From positions 76,446,001 to 76,510,000 of the forward strand of contig OX597831.1 in NCBI GenBank assembly GCA_951406725.2: a stretch of DNA of 64,000 bases, in the 5' to 3' direction. Each line of letters opens with the position of its first letter. Positions within the stretch are counted from its first letter, which is position 1. The position numbers and the translations under genes are program-made. Positions 38,717 through 54,289 of the stretch are shown here, one piece after another. The notes below the pieces were generated by a model. It saw only the letters and a program-made list of their open reading frames with translations, made no database searches and was not told the DNA's origin. The stretch comes from Octopus vulgaris (lineage: Eukaryota).

Positions 38717-40082
38717 TGTATGTATGTATGTATGTATGTATGTATGTATGTATACAGTCACTTACTTAACACAACTGCAAATATACACCTTTTTACCAGA
38801 AGAGAAAACTTTCTAATCGATAACTGCAGTATTTTAACAAGCCTAAACTCTGCTTATACCGAAACACTACGTGACGCTGTTGTTATGGTAACGTCCACGA
38901 CCCAGTGGCCCACTGGCACAAATAGGTCAGTGATACTCTTTTACTTGTTTCAGTCATTTGATTGCGGCCATGCTGGAGCACCGCCTTTAATCGAGCAACT
39001 CGACCCCGGGACTTATTCTCTATAAGCCCAGCACTTATTCTATCGGTCTCTTTTATGAGGTCTATCCAGAGTTGCCGCTCTTAGGTATTTTCCATTGATA
39101 ACGGAGCTAGAAACATCGATGTCTGGCAATCCTGATAGATGGTGACACTGGACAGATATGGTGTTTTTACACCTTTTTAACATGAGAGAACATTTTTCTC
39201 TACGGTAACTGCAGGGAATTTACCTTTTTGCAGTTGAAACATGTCACAGAACTAACCTAAACTATGCTTTTAGATGTCTTGCAAACAACTTGCACATGCA
39301 TTCCATATACCGGAAGCCAGCAAGTGTATGGGGTCATCAGGAGAGAATGCGCGCCGTACCTCTCGACGGCATCAATGCGCACCGGTCCCCTTCACTGATA
39401 TGAGGACCTGCTTGCTAGATCAACTGGTTATGAAATATAGCTCAATATTTCTCAAGCCATCGCTCATCGTCTCTCTTAAACCAAATCCAGTGGTTACCCT
39501 TCTCCACTGTAGTTTGCATGTCGGTCATGGTGGAATTCACTTTACGATGAGTTAGGCCTAACCATAACAACAGTCGTCTCACACTGTGTCCAACAAACCT
39601 TCTACACCCGACTTCGGTTGGAAAATGCTCAGCTTTCCAGCCACACACAAAGTTTACGGAATGGAATAGGAAAAATCCAGGCTACATATGTTTCACAGCG
39701 AGTGGAACCTCAGAAATAGTAAAATCCAGGTGAGGTGTATACTTCAACCCTGGTTGAAAACCACTGATCTAAGGGGGGCAATATACACCTGACGATCATA
39801 AGGCCGTGAGTTCCATTGCCGGCAGCACATTGTCTCCTTCAGCAAGGTACTTTATTTCACGTTGCTTCAGTCCATTCAGCTGGCAAAAATGTGTAGTATC
39901 ATTAGAGCGTCGGACAAAATGATTTGCGGCATTATTTCCGGCTTTACGCTCTAAGTTCAAAAACCGCTGATTTCGACTTACCTTTCCTCTTTTGAGATCG
40001 ATACAAATAAGTATCACTTGAGTACGGAGGGTGGGGTGGGTTGGATTGGGGTGGGGTGGGGCTTTTGATGTAATTGATCAAT

Positions 40083-40471
40083 AGGCGCAGGAGTGGCTAT
40101 GTGGTAAGTAGCTTGTTTACCAACCACATGGTTCTGGGTTCAGTCCCACTGCGTGGCATCTTGGGCAAGTGTCTTCTGCTATAGCCTCGGGCCGGCCAAA
40201 GCCTTGTGAGTGGATTTGGTAGACGGAAACTGAAAGAAGCCCGTCGTATATATGTCTATATATATATGCGTGTGTGTGTTTATGCCCCTAGCATTGCTTG
40301 ACAACCGATGCTGGTGTGTTTATGTCCCCGTTACTTAGCGGTTCGGCAAAAGAGACCGATAGAATAAGTACTGGGCTTACAAAAGAATAAGTCCCGGGGT
40401 CGAGTTGCTCGACTAAAGGCGGTGCTCCAGCATGGCCGCAGTCAAATGACTGAAACAAGTAAAAGAGAGTA
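40083..40471 (+). mobile_element. SINE family A, full length
   Basis: tRNA-like A box (tggctatgtgg) and B box (ggttcagtccc), internal microsatellite, tail. Further partial copies at about 10817-10900, 25965-26110, 38934-39055, 40611-40760, 42750-42935. Confidence 0.92.
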
Positions 40472-40757
40472 AATCCACTTCCCAGCAAATGTCAGATCTT
40501 GTGCCAAAAGCGAAGAGGATTATTATTATTATTATTGATGTTGTTGTTGTTGATGATGATGATCATGTTGTAACTGTTGTTGGCAGGCAGTTTGTCGTAT
40601 TACATATAAACAGGCGCAGGCGTAGCTGTGTGGCAAAAAGCTTGTTTCCCTACCGCTTGGTCCCGGGTTCAGTCCCACTGCCTGGCATTTTGGGCACAAC
40701 CAAAGTCTTGTCAGTGGATTTGGTAGACCGGAAACTGAAAGAAGACCGTCGGATATA

Positions 40758-40799
<42 letters not shown>

Positions 40800-41078
40800 T
40801 AAAAGACAATAAACAGCAGGCAATGATGAGGACGACGACAACGACGACGACGATGATGATGAGGGCAACGGTGGCGGCGGTGTTGGTTAGGGGGTGCTGG
40901 TGCTGGTGGTGGTGATGGCGGCGGTGGCGGCTTTACTATTATTGACCTTTCCACAACCGTCCTCTGCTAATTGAGAGAGAGAGAGAGAGGCATAAACGAA
41001 CAAGCTGTTTTCCTATTTTCCTTTGTTATCACTGCTGGCCGGATACTTAGTATGTGTGTGTGTGTGTGTCTGCCTGTG

Positions 41079-41378
<300 letters not shown>

Positions 41379-41424
41379 CATACATATATACATACATACA
41401 TACATGCATGCATGTATACATACA

Positions 41425-41455
<31 letters not shown>

Positions 41456-41473
41456 GCATATTTATATATTTAT

Positions 41474-41690
41474 ATACAAAGGGTGCTAAAAAGTTCCAGG
41501 CTTTAAGGGTCTCGTGAAAGGTCTGGCTAGAGACCCAACCTTTCGAGTTCTTGAACAGGGCTTAGAAAAACCCGAAGGACTGCTATAGTAAGTATGTGAA
41601 TCTGAGAGGGGAATATGTTGAATAAAATCATAAGTGATTCTTCCGAATATTTTTTTTACCAAAGCCTGAAATTTTTCATCAACCCTCGCA
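41474..41690. mobile_element. Mariner-type MITE; second copy at 51777-51995
   Basis: Imperfect TIR cgaggggg(t/c)gctgaaaa..cctgg(c/t)ttt with TA flanks; shared interior atatgttgaataaaatcataa. Confidence 0.75.
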
Positions 41691-41745
41691 TATGTATGCA
41701 TGTATGTATTTATGTATGTATGTATGTATGTATGTACATTTCAAA

Positions 41746-41954
41746 ATGTGACCTCGTGTGTACCGTTGGCGATTTTTTTTCCCTCTGTCTTCCCTTCTCT
41801 GGATCTTTCCTTCTCCTATGTTTCCGACGAAGAGCTCCGCTCGAAACGTTAAACCCTCCTTCTTTCCTTCTTTCCTGAGGGTCCAATAATTCTATATTTG
41901 TTCCACGTCTTCGCGTTGTTGTGTTTTTTATGTGCTTTCTTGTTTGGATTAACT
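41746..41954 (+). mobile_element. Third copy of the 200-bp minimal-hammerhead module (41820-41854)
   Basis: Matches 5750-5940 and 6622-6826. Confidence 0.8.
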
Positions 41955-42504
41955 ATGTATGTATGTATGTATGTATGTATGTATCTATCTATCTATATAT
42001 CTATCTATCTATCTATGCACACACATATAAATCTAGGAGGGATGATATTATTAATATACCATCACAAGTGGCAAGCGTACTAGAGTAGTGACTATTCTGT
42101 GGCACAGAAGTATTTTTGACTTCTATTGTTAGCGATGCAAGTACTCATGAAGTACCCTCCTGTATATATATATATTTATATATCAAGAAAATAAGACAAG
42201 GTAGAAAATGTTAAAATAATTTCTATCTCTCTCTGTTCCTTCGTGAATGCCTGAGGCAGAGACAGACTGTCTGAAAACTAGGAAAATATTTACCTTTTCA
42301 AAGACTATGAAAATATCTACAGAACATTTCATTTAACTTTTTTCTGCAATTTAAATGTCTTTCTTATGCTACTCTTAGTTGAAAAAGTCTAAAAGGCGGA
42401 AACCGGTAGTAACATGCACTTCATGATAAAATTATTTTAGTATTTTCTACCTTGCCTTTACATTCATTATACTTATCAACTCGTGTGTTACCGTTCTACC
42501 TTCT

Positions 42505-42563
<59 letters not shown>

Positions 42564-42612
42564 TGTCTATATATCTATATCTATCTATCTATCTATCATA
42601 TCTATATATCTA

Positions 42613-42657
<45 letters not shown>

Positions 42658-43451
42658 CTCTCTCTCTATATATATATATAGATGTATGTATGTATATATG
42701 TATGTCTATATATATGTCTGTGTGTGTGTGTGTGTGTGTCTATATACATATTCTTTTATTCTTTTACTTGTTTCAGTCATTTGACTTCGGCCATGCTGGA
42801 GCACCGCCTTTAGTCGAGCAAATCAACCCCAGGACTTATTCTTTGTAAGCCTAGTACTTATGCTATCGGTCTCTTTTTGCCGAACCGCTATGTTACGGAG
42901 ACGTAAACTCAAACCATCGTTTGTCAAGTGATGATGAGGCGAACTTGGGTGTGATATATAACTTATAGAATGACATGAATTTGTGAGTCACGACTCACTA
43001 ACTGATGTAACCTAGGCTATAATCTACGACCTATGACCGATTAATGTGACCGAACTTATGATCTATTACTAATGACAAACCGCTGTTGCCTGAGTTATGA
43101 TCTATGATCTAGGACCAAATTGTAAAAGGAGTAGAATTATTGACAAGAGAATTGTGTTAAAAAAGTCTAATTATAATACTTCTAAATTCAATTTTGTTTC
43201 ATCTATCTATCTATTTAACTAACTAGCACCCCTCTCTCTCTCTCTCTCTGACAGACAGACAGATAGATAGATACATGCATACATACATACATACATACAT
43301 ACATACATACATACATACATACATACATACATACATACATAGATGTAAGCATCTACGTATATGCATGCGTATGTATGTATGAATATATATATATATACAT
43401 AACCACAAACACACACAGAGACATATATGTATATGTATGCATGTATACATA

Positions 43452-43502
<51 letters not shown>

Positions 43503-43987
43503 GTATATATATATATGTATATACATACATATATACATACATACATATCATTTAGTCACTGTAGTAGTTGAATATATTCTTAAGTTCACCATTCCGTCAA
43601 TCGCAGCAGCTTCCAAGCTTCACCACTAATTCAGTTCTGTTAACCTCCTCAGCTACACTTTGACATAAATAGTTTGAGATTTGGTTCAGTAGAAAGAAAG
43701 TTACAGCAAAATATCTGCGACCTCAAGGGAAGCAGTAAGGCAGATATTCATCTTCAATTAACATAAATTTGTTAATTTTAAATTAAAAGTATACTTTTCT
43801 TAGGCTTAAATGACAGAAAATGCATGAGGAATTCAGAATCGCAAGTCGCATTGAACAAAAATTAGTAGAGAAAGAATTATGAGATAAAATGTTACGAAAT
43901 TTCATGCCAGTAAGTAAGGAAGTAAGGGAGTAACGCTTAAGCAATAAGAATAAAGAATATATTTCTAAAATGAATGCTGACATTTCA

Positions 43988-44270
43988 AGGCGGCGAGCTG
44001 GCAGAAACGTTAGCACGCTGGGCGAAATGCTTTGCGGTATTTCACCTACCGTTACGTTCTGAGTTCAAATTCCGCCGAGGTCGACTTTGCCTATCATTTT
44101 TTTGGAGTCGATTAAATAAGTACCAGTTATGCACTGGTGTCGATATAATCAACTTAATCCGTTTGTCTGTCCTTGTTTGTCCTCTCCGTGTTTAGCCCCT
44201 TGTGGGTAGTAAAGAAATAGGTATTTCCTCTGTCTTTTGAGTTCAAATTTCGCCGATATCGACTTTGACG
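43988..44270 (+). mobile_element. SINE family B plus a partial second unit
   Basis: Family consensus match. Confidence 0.88.
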
Positions 44271-45119
44271 TACAGGTTATTTGATTTTTTTTTTTAACTA
44301 AACTCTTTCAAACTTCCGATACTGGGAGAATGTATCAGATAGAACCGGGCTATATAGATATTATATATACATATTACATATATGTGTCAAAACAATTCTC
44401 GTCACGCAATCAAACCAATGAAAGAGCCTCTACCTGGTCGCTCGATACTCTAAAAATAGCAGCCAAAGTACCCCCCCCTACCTAAATCACACGCCCATTG
44501 TATGTAATGTCCTAGATTATCCCTAAAAAGACGGTTTGCTGAAGGTTGGAATGTCTTTGATGATTGGTCTGCAGTATCAGGATTGATTTCAGGATAAATA
44601 ACAACATTACGGTAAATTTCTATATTAAGACCCGCACGATTTTCACTCAGAAAAAAAAAAAAAGATTTTTTAGCGTGGAATCAAGTACCCTGACCTCCTA
44701 ATATACCGCAAATCCCTTATTTTGGTTCGGGAAAAATTAGGTGAGGGAGAATTTTCTTTTTTTTTTTTTTTTTTCGTTTAATGAATTCCTGTGACCTCCT
44801 AATATTGCAAAATTAGGTTACTTAAGGTGAACCTAGTAACTGATGGTTTTGGGGTCTTGTTGTTTGTAACTTTTGGTGAGCCATGGTGCAATCAACAACA
44901 TAGTAAAAATCCCTGCCATTAATTTGGTGTGGATGGGTAATATCAAATAATTCAATCACAACATATATTTAAATTAAACACGAAAAAAATGAAATATTAT
45001 CATCACTTACATGGAAAATTTGAAATATTATCTTTCAGTATTTTATAAGGTAAAATCTTAAATTATTAATTGACACATTATTAATTATGTTATAACAGCA
45101 ATGCCTGGAAAAATCATGG

Positions 45120-46001
45120 ATTACATTGAAAAATGTGAGCACGAAAAGTAATATTCCTAAGATTATAAACCTGGAAAAGTACAGAACAAGGTATTACACC
45201 TGTAAAAGTATAGGACAAGCTATTACAAACTAGGACAAGTTTTTTTTTTTTTTGGAAGCACTCCGTCGGTTACGACGATGAGGGTTCCGGTTGATCCGAA
45301 TCTATGGAACAGCCTGTTCGTGAAATTAACGTGTTTAGTGGCTGAGCACTCCACAGACACGTGTACCCTAAACGTAGTTCTCGGGGATATTCAGCGTGAC
45401 ACAGAGAGTGACAAGGCCGGCCCTTTGAAATACAGGTACAACAGAAACAGGAAGTAAGAGTGAGAGAAAGTTGTGGTGAAAGAGTACAACAGGGATCACC
45501 ACCATCCCCTGTCGGAGCCTCGTGGAGCTTTAGGTGTTTTTGCTCAATAAACACTCACAACGCCCGGTCTGGGAATCGAAACCGCGATCCTATGACCGTG
45601 AGTCCGCTGCCATAACCACTGGGCCATTGCGCCTCCACACTAGGACAAGTAAAGTAAAGAATAAGGAACTTTTTACTTAAAATATTGCAGCAAAGAATGC
45701 CAATTCTAATTTATCACTCTTTACAGTTCTCATCTTTTAAATTTATTGTACAAAACTGTTCAGCTAATTAGTAAGTTTGTCTAATTAGTCACTTTTTTCT
45801 GTATTTAAGGTAGTAATTTAGCGAAATTCTACTTAAATAAGTATAGTATTATTTGCAAACTATAATAAAATAAGTTTTAATATTCAAATTTTAATTTTAG
45901 TTGCAATATTTTAAGTAAAAAGTTTCTCAGCTTGTCCTGTACTTTTCCAGGTTTATAATCTTAAGAATATGACTTTTCATGCTCGCATTTTTCCATGTAA
46001 T
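45120..46001. mobile_element. AT-rich element with about 70-bp imperfect inverted ends, containing a SINE C
   Basis: 45120-45190 pairs with 45931-46001. Confidence 0.65.
45257..45638 (-). mobile_element. SINE family C, full length, poly(A) tail and target duplication
   Basis: Head gtggaggcgcaatggcccagtggtta..ggtttcgattccc; actaggacaagt on both flanks. Confidence 0.92.
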
Positions 46002-46204
46002 ATAAGTAGAGAGTAATGTAAAAACATTAGGGAGGATATAGTATAAATAATTAAGATTATTTATGAATATATGAATGGCCAAACATGTTATCATATATAT
46101 ATATATGCAGTGTGTTTGTGTCTGCACGTATGTAGGTAGATGCGTGTGAGCCTATTAATGATGTTAATACTAAAATAACATTGGAAATATATTATAAGTA
46201 CAAC

Positions 46205-47830
<1,626 letters not shown>

Positions 47831-48986
47831 CGTCCTCATCACACCGTTTCCCACAAAATTAAAAAAGGCTGTAAGTTGTTTCTGGTACAAAAAAAAAAAA
47901 GAATCTATTGGACTTTGTTGTTGAGTGTTTTTAGTGAAAAAGGCCCGAGGTGAGCAACTGGCCCGACTGAAGAGGAAGGAGAAACGAAGCGCTAAGATAA
48001 TTTCAAGGACCTTCAGAGGGTCGAGAGAGCCATTGGTTTGTACTCTACTAACGACGAGGTCTTATTAGCTACATAACAACAACAGCAACAACAACAACAA
48101 CAGCAGCTCAGTAGTAGCAGCAGCAGCAGTAGTAGTAGTAGTAGTAGTAGTAGTAGCAGCAGCAGTAGTAGCAGCAGCAGCAGCAGAGATGACTTGGGAG
48201 GAGGAGCTAAACAACAGCAGTTATTGCGAGCCATCAAAGGAAGTTAAACCAGAGCATGGCAGCGCCACCTAACGTGCTAGAAATAGCAACCAAGCAACCT
48301 CAGGCAAGCCTTGTACTGAGGTCAAGTCCCTCCCCTCAAAATTGTTTACCTTGTACTGAAATTGTAATCCTTTTTATTTGTTTACTTATTGAATTGTTTT
48401 TATATTTATTTCATGAAAGGAAATGTAAAGTGGTTCGGTTAGAACCTCGGCCTGCCGCTCACATCATCAAGTAGGCAAACTGTCAAAGGTAAAAATGTTT
48501 TTTTATAAAAAAAACCCCAAAAAACAAAGAAAACATTAAGGGCACATTGAAAGTGAAACCCTGCGGGGCTCGAACTCAGAGCAACGTTGCATCAAAAGAA
48601 GATATCATTAGATGTTGTAAAGGATGTAGTCCGGTGCATTATTCGACAGCGAAGTTACCGTGATTTTTAACCAAAAGTTTGTTCGTTGATTCGCGTGGCG
48701 TGGGTTTGGATGGGTGTTGGGGCGATGGTGGGGGTACCCATACCAAAATATAACTACCTTCACTTCCTGAAACATATGTAGCATGTATACACACACGCGC
48801 AGACAGACAGACGGATAAACACACATACACACACGTTTATATGCAATATGTGTGTATACACGCATACGTATATGTATGTATGTATATCTCTTCTGCATTT
48901 AACCATTTAATTTCTTCCTCTGGAAAAGGAGTTGGTTTCTAACAAAGATACAAAGCTCCAATTCTGGAATGTAGATAGAAGCAATG

Positions 48987-49241
48987 TCACATTTTAAACC
49001 TTAGAAAAGTTTTGCAGAATTTTACTGTTCCTCTTACACATCGTATTTGTAATGTGCGAGTCAGTTGGTTGGTTTCTTTTTCTGAAAATCCAAGCTTATC
49101 CAGGTGGACAATTAGGCATTTACTTACAAAACCAAGTGCTCCAAATATTTTTGGCATAAACGTAAATTTGTAATTCGAACATAGAAGCTGGAGGTTTCGA
49201 AACCATTCTCCATAGTAATCTTCTTTCTCTTTGATTTTCAT
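48987..49241 (-). mobile_element. Restriction-like-endonuclease LINE C-terminal fragment
   Basis: KEKEDYYG..RNLQ..YKFTFMP.IFGALGFV..LGF..GTVKFCKTFL. Confidence 0.8.
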
Positions 49242-49367
49242 AGATATTCACATCAGCAGGACGGTACATACTTTTCCTTGTCTATCCCAAACAATATTCG
49301 GCCAGTATGTATGTATGTATGTATGTATGTATGTATGTATGTATGTATGTATGTATGTATGTATGTA

Positions 49368-49430
<63 letters not shown>

Positions 49431-49789
49431 GTGCGTGCACGTTTTTATCTATCTATATATATATATATGTATACAGAAACCGTCCAATAATTCATAAATG
49501 AAAAATATGCACTCGTATATTTGTCAATAGAGTGGGTATATTAATCGAAGAGTACAGTCGCCATATTTCTCTGAAGAGCGCATGGTTACATAATCGAGCT
49601 GTTACTTAACACTCCGTTGAACCCCTAGGGCGAAACCGATTAGTAAGATCAGCCGTATTGGATATATGATATCGTACACTGCGATTAATATGTGTATGGA
49701 GGTATATCAAAGAAATGCTTGTTCTCAGATCGTTCAGCTTTCGGTTCTTGTAAAGGAACACCAAGTTCAAACTCTTGTTCTTTTCTCTC

Positions 49790-50399
49790 ATGTGTGTGTG
49801 AGAGAGAGAGAGAGAATGTATGTGTGTGTGTTTGTGTGCGTGTGTGTATATGAGTGTGCGTGTGTGTGTGTGTGTGAGTGAGAGAGAGAGAGAATGTATG
49901 TGTGTGTGTTTGTGTGCGTGTGTGTATATGAGTGTGCGTGTGTGTGTGAGAGAGAGTATGTTTGTGTGAGTGTGTGTATGTGTGTGCGTGTGTGTGTATG
50001 TGGTTGTGCATATGTGTGAGAGAGCATGTGTGTGTGAGTGTGTGGGTATGTATGTGTGAGTGCTTGTGTCTGTGTGTGTGAGTGTTTGTGTGTGAGTGTG
50101 TGTGTGTTAGTGTGTGTGCGTGTGAGTGTATGTGTGTTAGAGTGTGTGTGTGTGAGTGTGTATGTGTGTGTGAGTGTGTGTGTTTGTGTGAGTGTGTATG
50201 TATGTGTGAGTGTGTGCGTCTGTGTGTGCCTGTGTGTGAGTGTATGCATTGTGAGTGTGTGTCTGTGTATGAGTGTGTGACTGTGGGTGGGTGTGTATGT
50301 GTGTGAGTGTGCGTGTGTAAATGTGTGTTTGTGTGTGTGTGTGCTGTGAGTGTGTGCGTGTATGTGTGTGTATGTGTGTGAGTGTGTGAATGTGTATGT

Positions 50400-50435
<36 letters not shown>

Positions 50436-50525
50436 TGTGTGTTGTGAGTGTGTGCGTGTATGTGTGTGTATGTGTGTGAGTGTGTGAATGTGTATGTTGT
50501 GAGTGTGTTATGTGTGTTTGTGTGT
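49790..50525. repeat. Degenerate (TG)n array with an internal tandem duplication
   Basis: Direct reading. Confidence 0.95.
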
Positions 50526-50869
50526 AGATGACGATGATTGCCGTCTCTTTGAGCTTCCTTATCGTCAATGGTGTGTCCCTGCATTTTACATCTGACCCTA
50601 ACCCCTCAGCTCGCTGTTCCCGTCTCTTTGCCGATTCTTTTTCCGGATAACCTATTCCCCCGTGAAAGTTTCAAGCGTTTTCGCCAGTTGAACCTTCCTC
50701 ACTAATCAGATCCGCACACGTGGACACTCTTTCATCGCCTCGGGACTTTCAGTGGACGGAGTGACAAATGAGGTTACCACAAAGAGCAGCACATCTGTAC
50801 ATCACTGGATTATAATGATGAACGCTTGCACAACACCAGGACCGTTCTCCGAGGCTTCATTGGCCTGGC

Positions 50870-51296
50870 TCCCTGTCGGTTACGATGACGAGGGTTCCCG
50901 TTGATTCGATCAACGGAGCAACCTGCACGTAAGATTAACGTGTAAGTGGCTGAGTACTCCACAGACACGCGTATCCTTAATGCAGTTCTCAGGGAGATTC
51001 AGTGTGACACAGAATGTGACAAGGCCGACAACTTTGGATTACAGCTACATCTCATTTTTGCCAGCTGGAGCAACGCAACAGAAAGTGTCTTGCTCAAGGA
51101 CACAACGCACGGCTGGGAATCGAACTCACGAACTCACGGTCGTGAACCGAATATCCAAACCTATTTCTTTATTACCCACAAGGGGCTAAACATAGAGGGG
51201 ACAAACAAGGACAGACATAGGTATTAAGTCGATTACATCGACCCCAGTACGTAACTGGTACTTAATTTATCGACCTCGAAAGGATGAAAGGCAAAG
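50870..51296 (-). mobile_element. Diverged SINE C followed by a partial SINE B
   Basis: Family matches at about 50870-51150 and 51160-51296. Confidence 0.75.
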
Positions 51297-51403
51297 TAAC
51301 TCCCTCGCGCCTTCTCTGAATCTTTTCAGTTAGTGCCTAGTGACAGACCGAAGTGACCAGTAGACATACGAAACTTCGTGTTTCACACTAGTTTCACTCT
51401 CCT

Positions 51404-51451
<48 letters not shown>

Positions 51452-52072
51452 TTCTTATTATCAATAACCATATCGTGTTTTAATTTACAATTGGTGATCC
51501 CTTAATTTTTTTAATTAGATATTACGCTTTTTCTTTTCTTTTTTTTTTTCATTTCCAGAGCCCCATGTCAGTAAGAGTATTATTTTTTTTAAATAAATGT
51601 TTTCCATGTCTAAAAGTTAAAATGCTTTACCTTTGCCAAAAGTGGGATAGCTTTATTTCGTTACAGTAAAATGAATGTGCCTTTGGAGCTTTCGTTATTT
51701 TAGTGCAAGCTATATCATAACGCTCATTAATACAAGGCCTCCATCGGTTGCGGAAGGGAGAGATTTACTTGAAAATACGAGGGGGCGCTGAAAAAATCCT
51801 GGTTTTAAAGGTATCGCGAAAAGCTTGGCTAGGGGCCCTACTTTCCGAATTCTTTTACAGGGCTTAGAAAACTGAAGCACCGTTGCAATAACTGCGTGAA
51901 TCTGAGACGGGAATATGTTGAATAAAATCATAATTAACTGATCCTCTTGTATTTTGTTTTACTCAAAGCCAGGAACTTGTCAACACCCCCTCGTATATGC
52001 CCAGACCCGTGTAGACAACAACCATATTTCGCTCACGCTAATAAGGAATTTATTGAAATATTTAGCGGGTGT

Positions 52073-52610
52073 AAGGCGGCGAGCTGGCAGAATCGTTACC
52101 ATGCCGGGCGAAATGCTTAGCGGTATTTCGTCTGCTGTTACATTCTGAGTTCAAATTCCGCCGAGGTCGACTTTGCCTTTCATCCTCTCGGGGTCGATAA
52201 ATTAAGTACCAGTTACGCACTGGAGTCGATATAATCGACTTAATCCGTTTGTCTGTCCTTGTTTGTCCTCTCTGTGTTTAGCCCCTTGTGGGTAGTAAAG
52301 AAATAGATATTTCGTCTGCCGCTACGTTCTGAGTTCAAATTCCGCCGAGGTCAACTTTGCCTTTCATCCTTTCGGGGTCGATAAATTAAGTACCAGTTAC
52401 GCACTGGGTCGATGTAATCGACTTAATCCGTTTGTCCGTTCTTGTTTGTCTTCTCTAGGTTTATCCCCCTGTGGGCAATAAAGAAATATATACGTCCCGA
52501 GTTCAAATTCTACCGTGGTCAATTTTGCCTTTCATCCTTTCGGGGTCGATAAAATACATACCTGTTGAACACTGGGGTCATTGCAATCGACTACCCACCT
52601 CCCCCGAAAT
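52073..52610 (+). mobile_element. SINE family B, tandem trimer
   Basis: One head followed by three copies of the gagttcaaatt..gcctttcatcc..ggggtcgataa unit. Confidence 0.9.
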
Positions 52611-53095
52611 TTGGAACTAATATTAAGCGGATGTTAAAAATAAATGTACCCATTTTTATATTAATCCTTGCTGCTTTATATACTTCTGCTAAAATAATTC
52701 CATCTTGACAACCCCCAATTCAACCCAGCAAATGTATTGTTTGTTGTCCCCCACCCAATTGATAGATACGGTATCTATCACCGAGGAAGTGAAATTACAC
52801 CGAAACATTGTGTCTGATTGTCCGCTAACGTCAGAGCTTGTCTCCATGTGTTTTTACACACAAAGTATATACAGAGAAACCCTAAACGAATATACACATA
52901 TATACATAATACATACGTACGTACGTAGTGTGTGTGTGAGAGAGAGTGAGTGAGAGAGAGAGAAAGAGAGAGATCTGAATCGGCAGAAATTGTATTTATA
53001 GGCCAAGTTCGATATTCATCGCCACAGGGAATAGGAGAGGAGTTATCGACGTTTCGGAAAAAAAAAGAGATTTCTTGAAGAGGAAGAAAACGTAC

Positions 53096-53179
53096 TTTTC
53101 TCTGCTCTATGTCCACGAGAACGCTTTGATATTAAATCTGAGAGTTTGGTCACTGAATACAAGTTCTCTTCCTCCTGAA
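53096..53179 (-). CDS. Candidate 84-nt internal coding exon of an unidentified host gene
   Basis: tttttgtgtttAG acceptor and GTACGT donor; only one open frame (QEEENLYSVTKLSDLISKRSRGHRAEK), phase 1-1; lies in non-repetitive sequence. No homologue recognised. Confidence 0.4.
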
Positions 53180-54289
53180 CTAAACACAAAAACTGGAACT
53201 ACATGAACTTTTCGATACATACAGTTTCTAAGCATTTTTCTCTGTTCTTAACCATTTTTACTTTCTTTCTGTTTTTCTTTCCGTGTTTCTTCCCTTTTGT
53301 CTTTTCTTCCTTTGTTCTGTTTTCCTCCTTTCTCTCTTTCTTCTTTCCTCTCGCACTCTGTCTCTCCCTCCCCCTCCTTCTCTCTCTCTCTTCTATATAT
53401 ATATATATGTATATGTTACTTTGGTCTATTTTACTGTCGTTGTTTAAACGTTCCCTCTACCCACCCAATATACCTTACATACACCCCTTCCATTCCAACA
53501 AATACAATTTGTTGTTGCCATCATCATCATCATCATCATCATCATTATCGTTGTCGTCGTAGCCATCATAATTATTTTCCTCATCACCACTATCATCATC
53601 GTCGTCATTGATAGCATCATCTTCACACTCACACTGAATCGTCATCATCATCATCGTCCTCCTCCCCTTCCCCTCCTCCACCTCCTCCTCCTCTTTCTAC
53701 TCCTCTTCCTCCCCCGTTGTCGTCGTCGTCGCCATCGTTGCATACTTCTCCTCACATCCTCATCACCACCACCACCACCACTACCACTCACCACCACTAC
53801 CACTACCACCACCACCACCACCACCTACCATTATCATCATCTAAATAACTAAATTTCTTTCTTTAGTTATTTTCCGCTTTGTTGATGTTGATGTTGGGTG
53901 TTTGTACTTTCTCGATATTCTATTGTTGTTGTTGTTGCTGCTGCTGCTGCTGCGGCTACTGCTGCTGCCATTTTTCGTAATCGCCCTTTATCGCCATTAC
54001 AATAATTATTTCTGTTCTTGCTGTTGTTGCAATTTCTGGTCGTTGTCTTCACGATTATTGCTTTTATTGTCTTCGTAGTTGTTGTTGTTGTTAGTGTTAT
54101 TGTTGTTGGTGTTATTTCTCGCTATTGTATATTCTAATCATTGTTGTTGTTGTTCTTGTTATTTTCCTTTCCTACCTTCGAACTCTCTGTTCCTGTCTTT
54201 TTTTTCTTTCACATTATTATTGAATTTGATAGTTTTGTCATTTCACAATTATCTACATTATTTATATTATTATTAATTTTATTGTTGTT

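Noticed and set aside
39270-39770. Short ORFs and possible old LINE RT tail plus a hAT-like end (ggttgaaaaccactg)
   Set aside because: Frames broken, no partner TIR found, identity uncertain.
40083-40160. tRNA-like A/B boxes in SINE heads as tRNA genes
   Set aside because: No complete cloverleaf; always continuous with the SINE body.
43795-43915. Plus-strand AG..GTAAGT bounded segment as a coding exon
   Set aside because: Stops in all three frames.
47965-47995. CUGAAGA..GAAAC motif
   Set aside because: The intervening purines cannot form stem II and no NUH/stem I follows.
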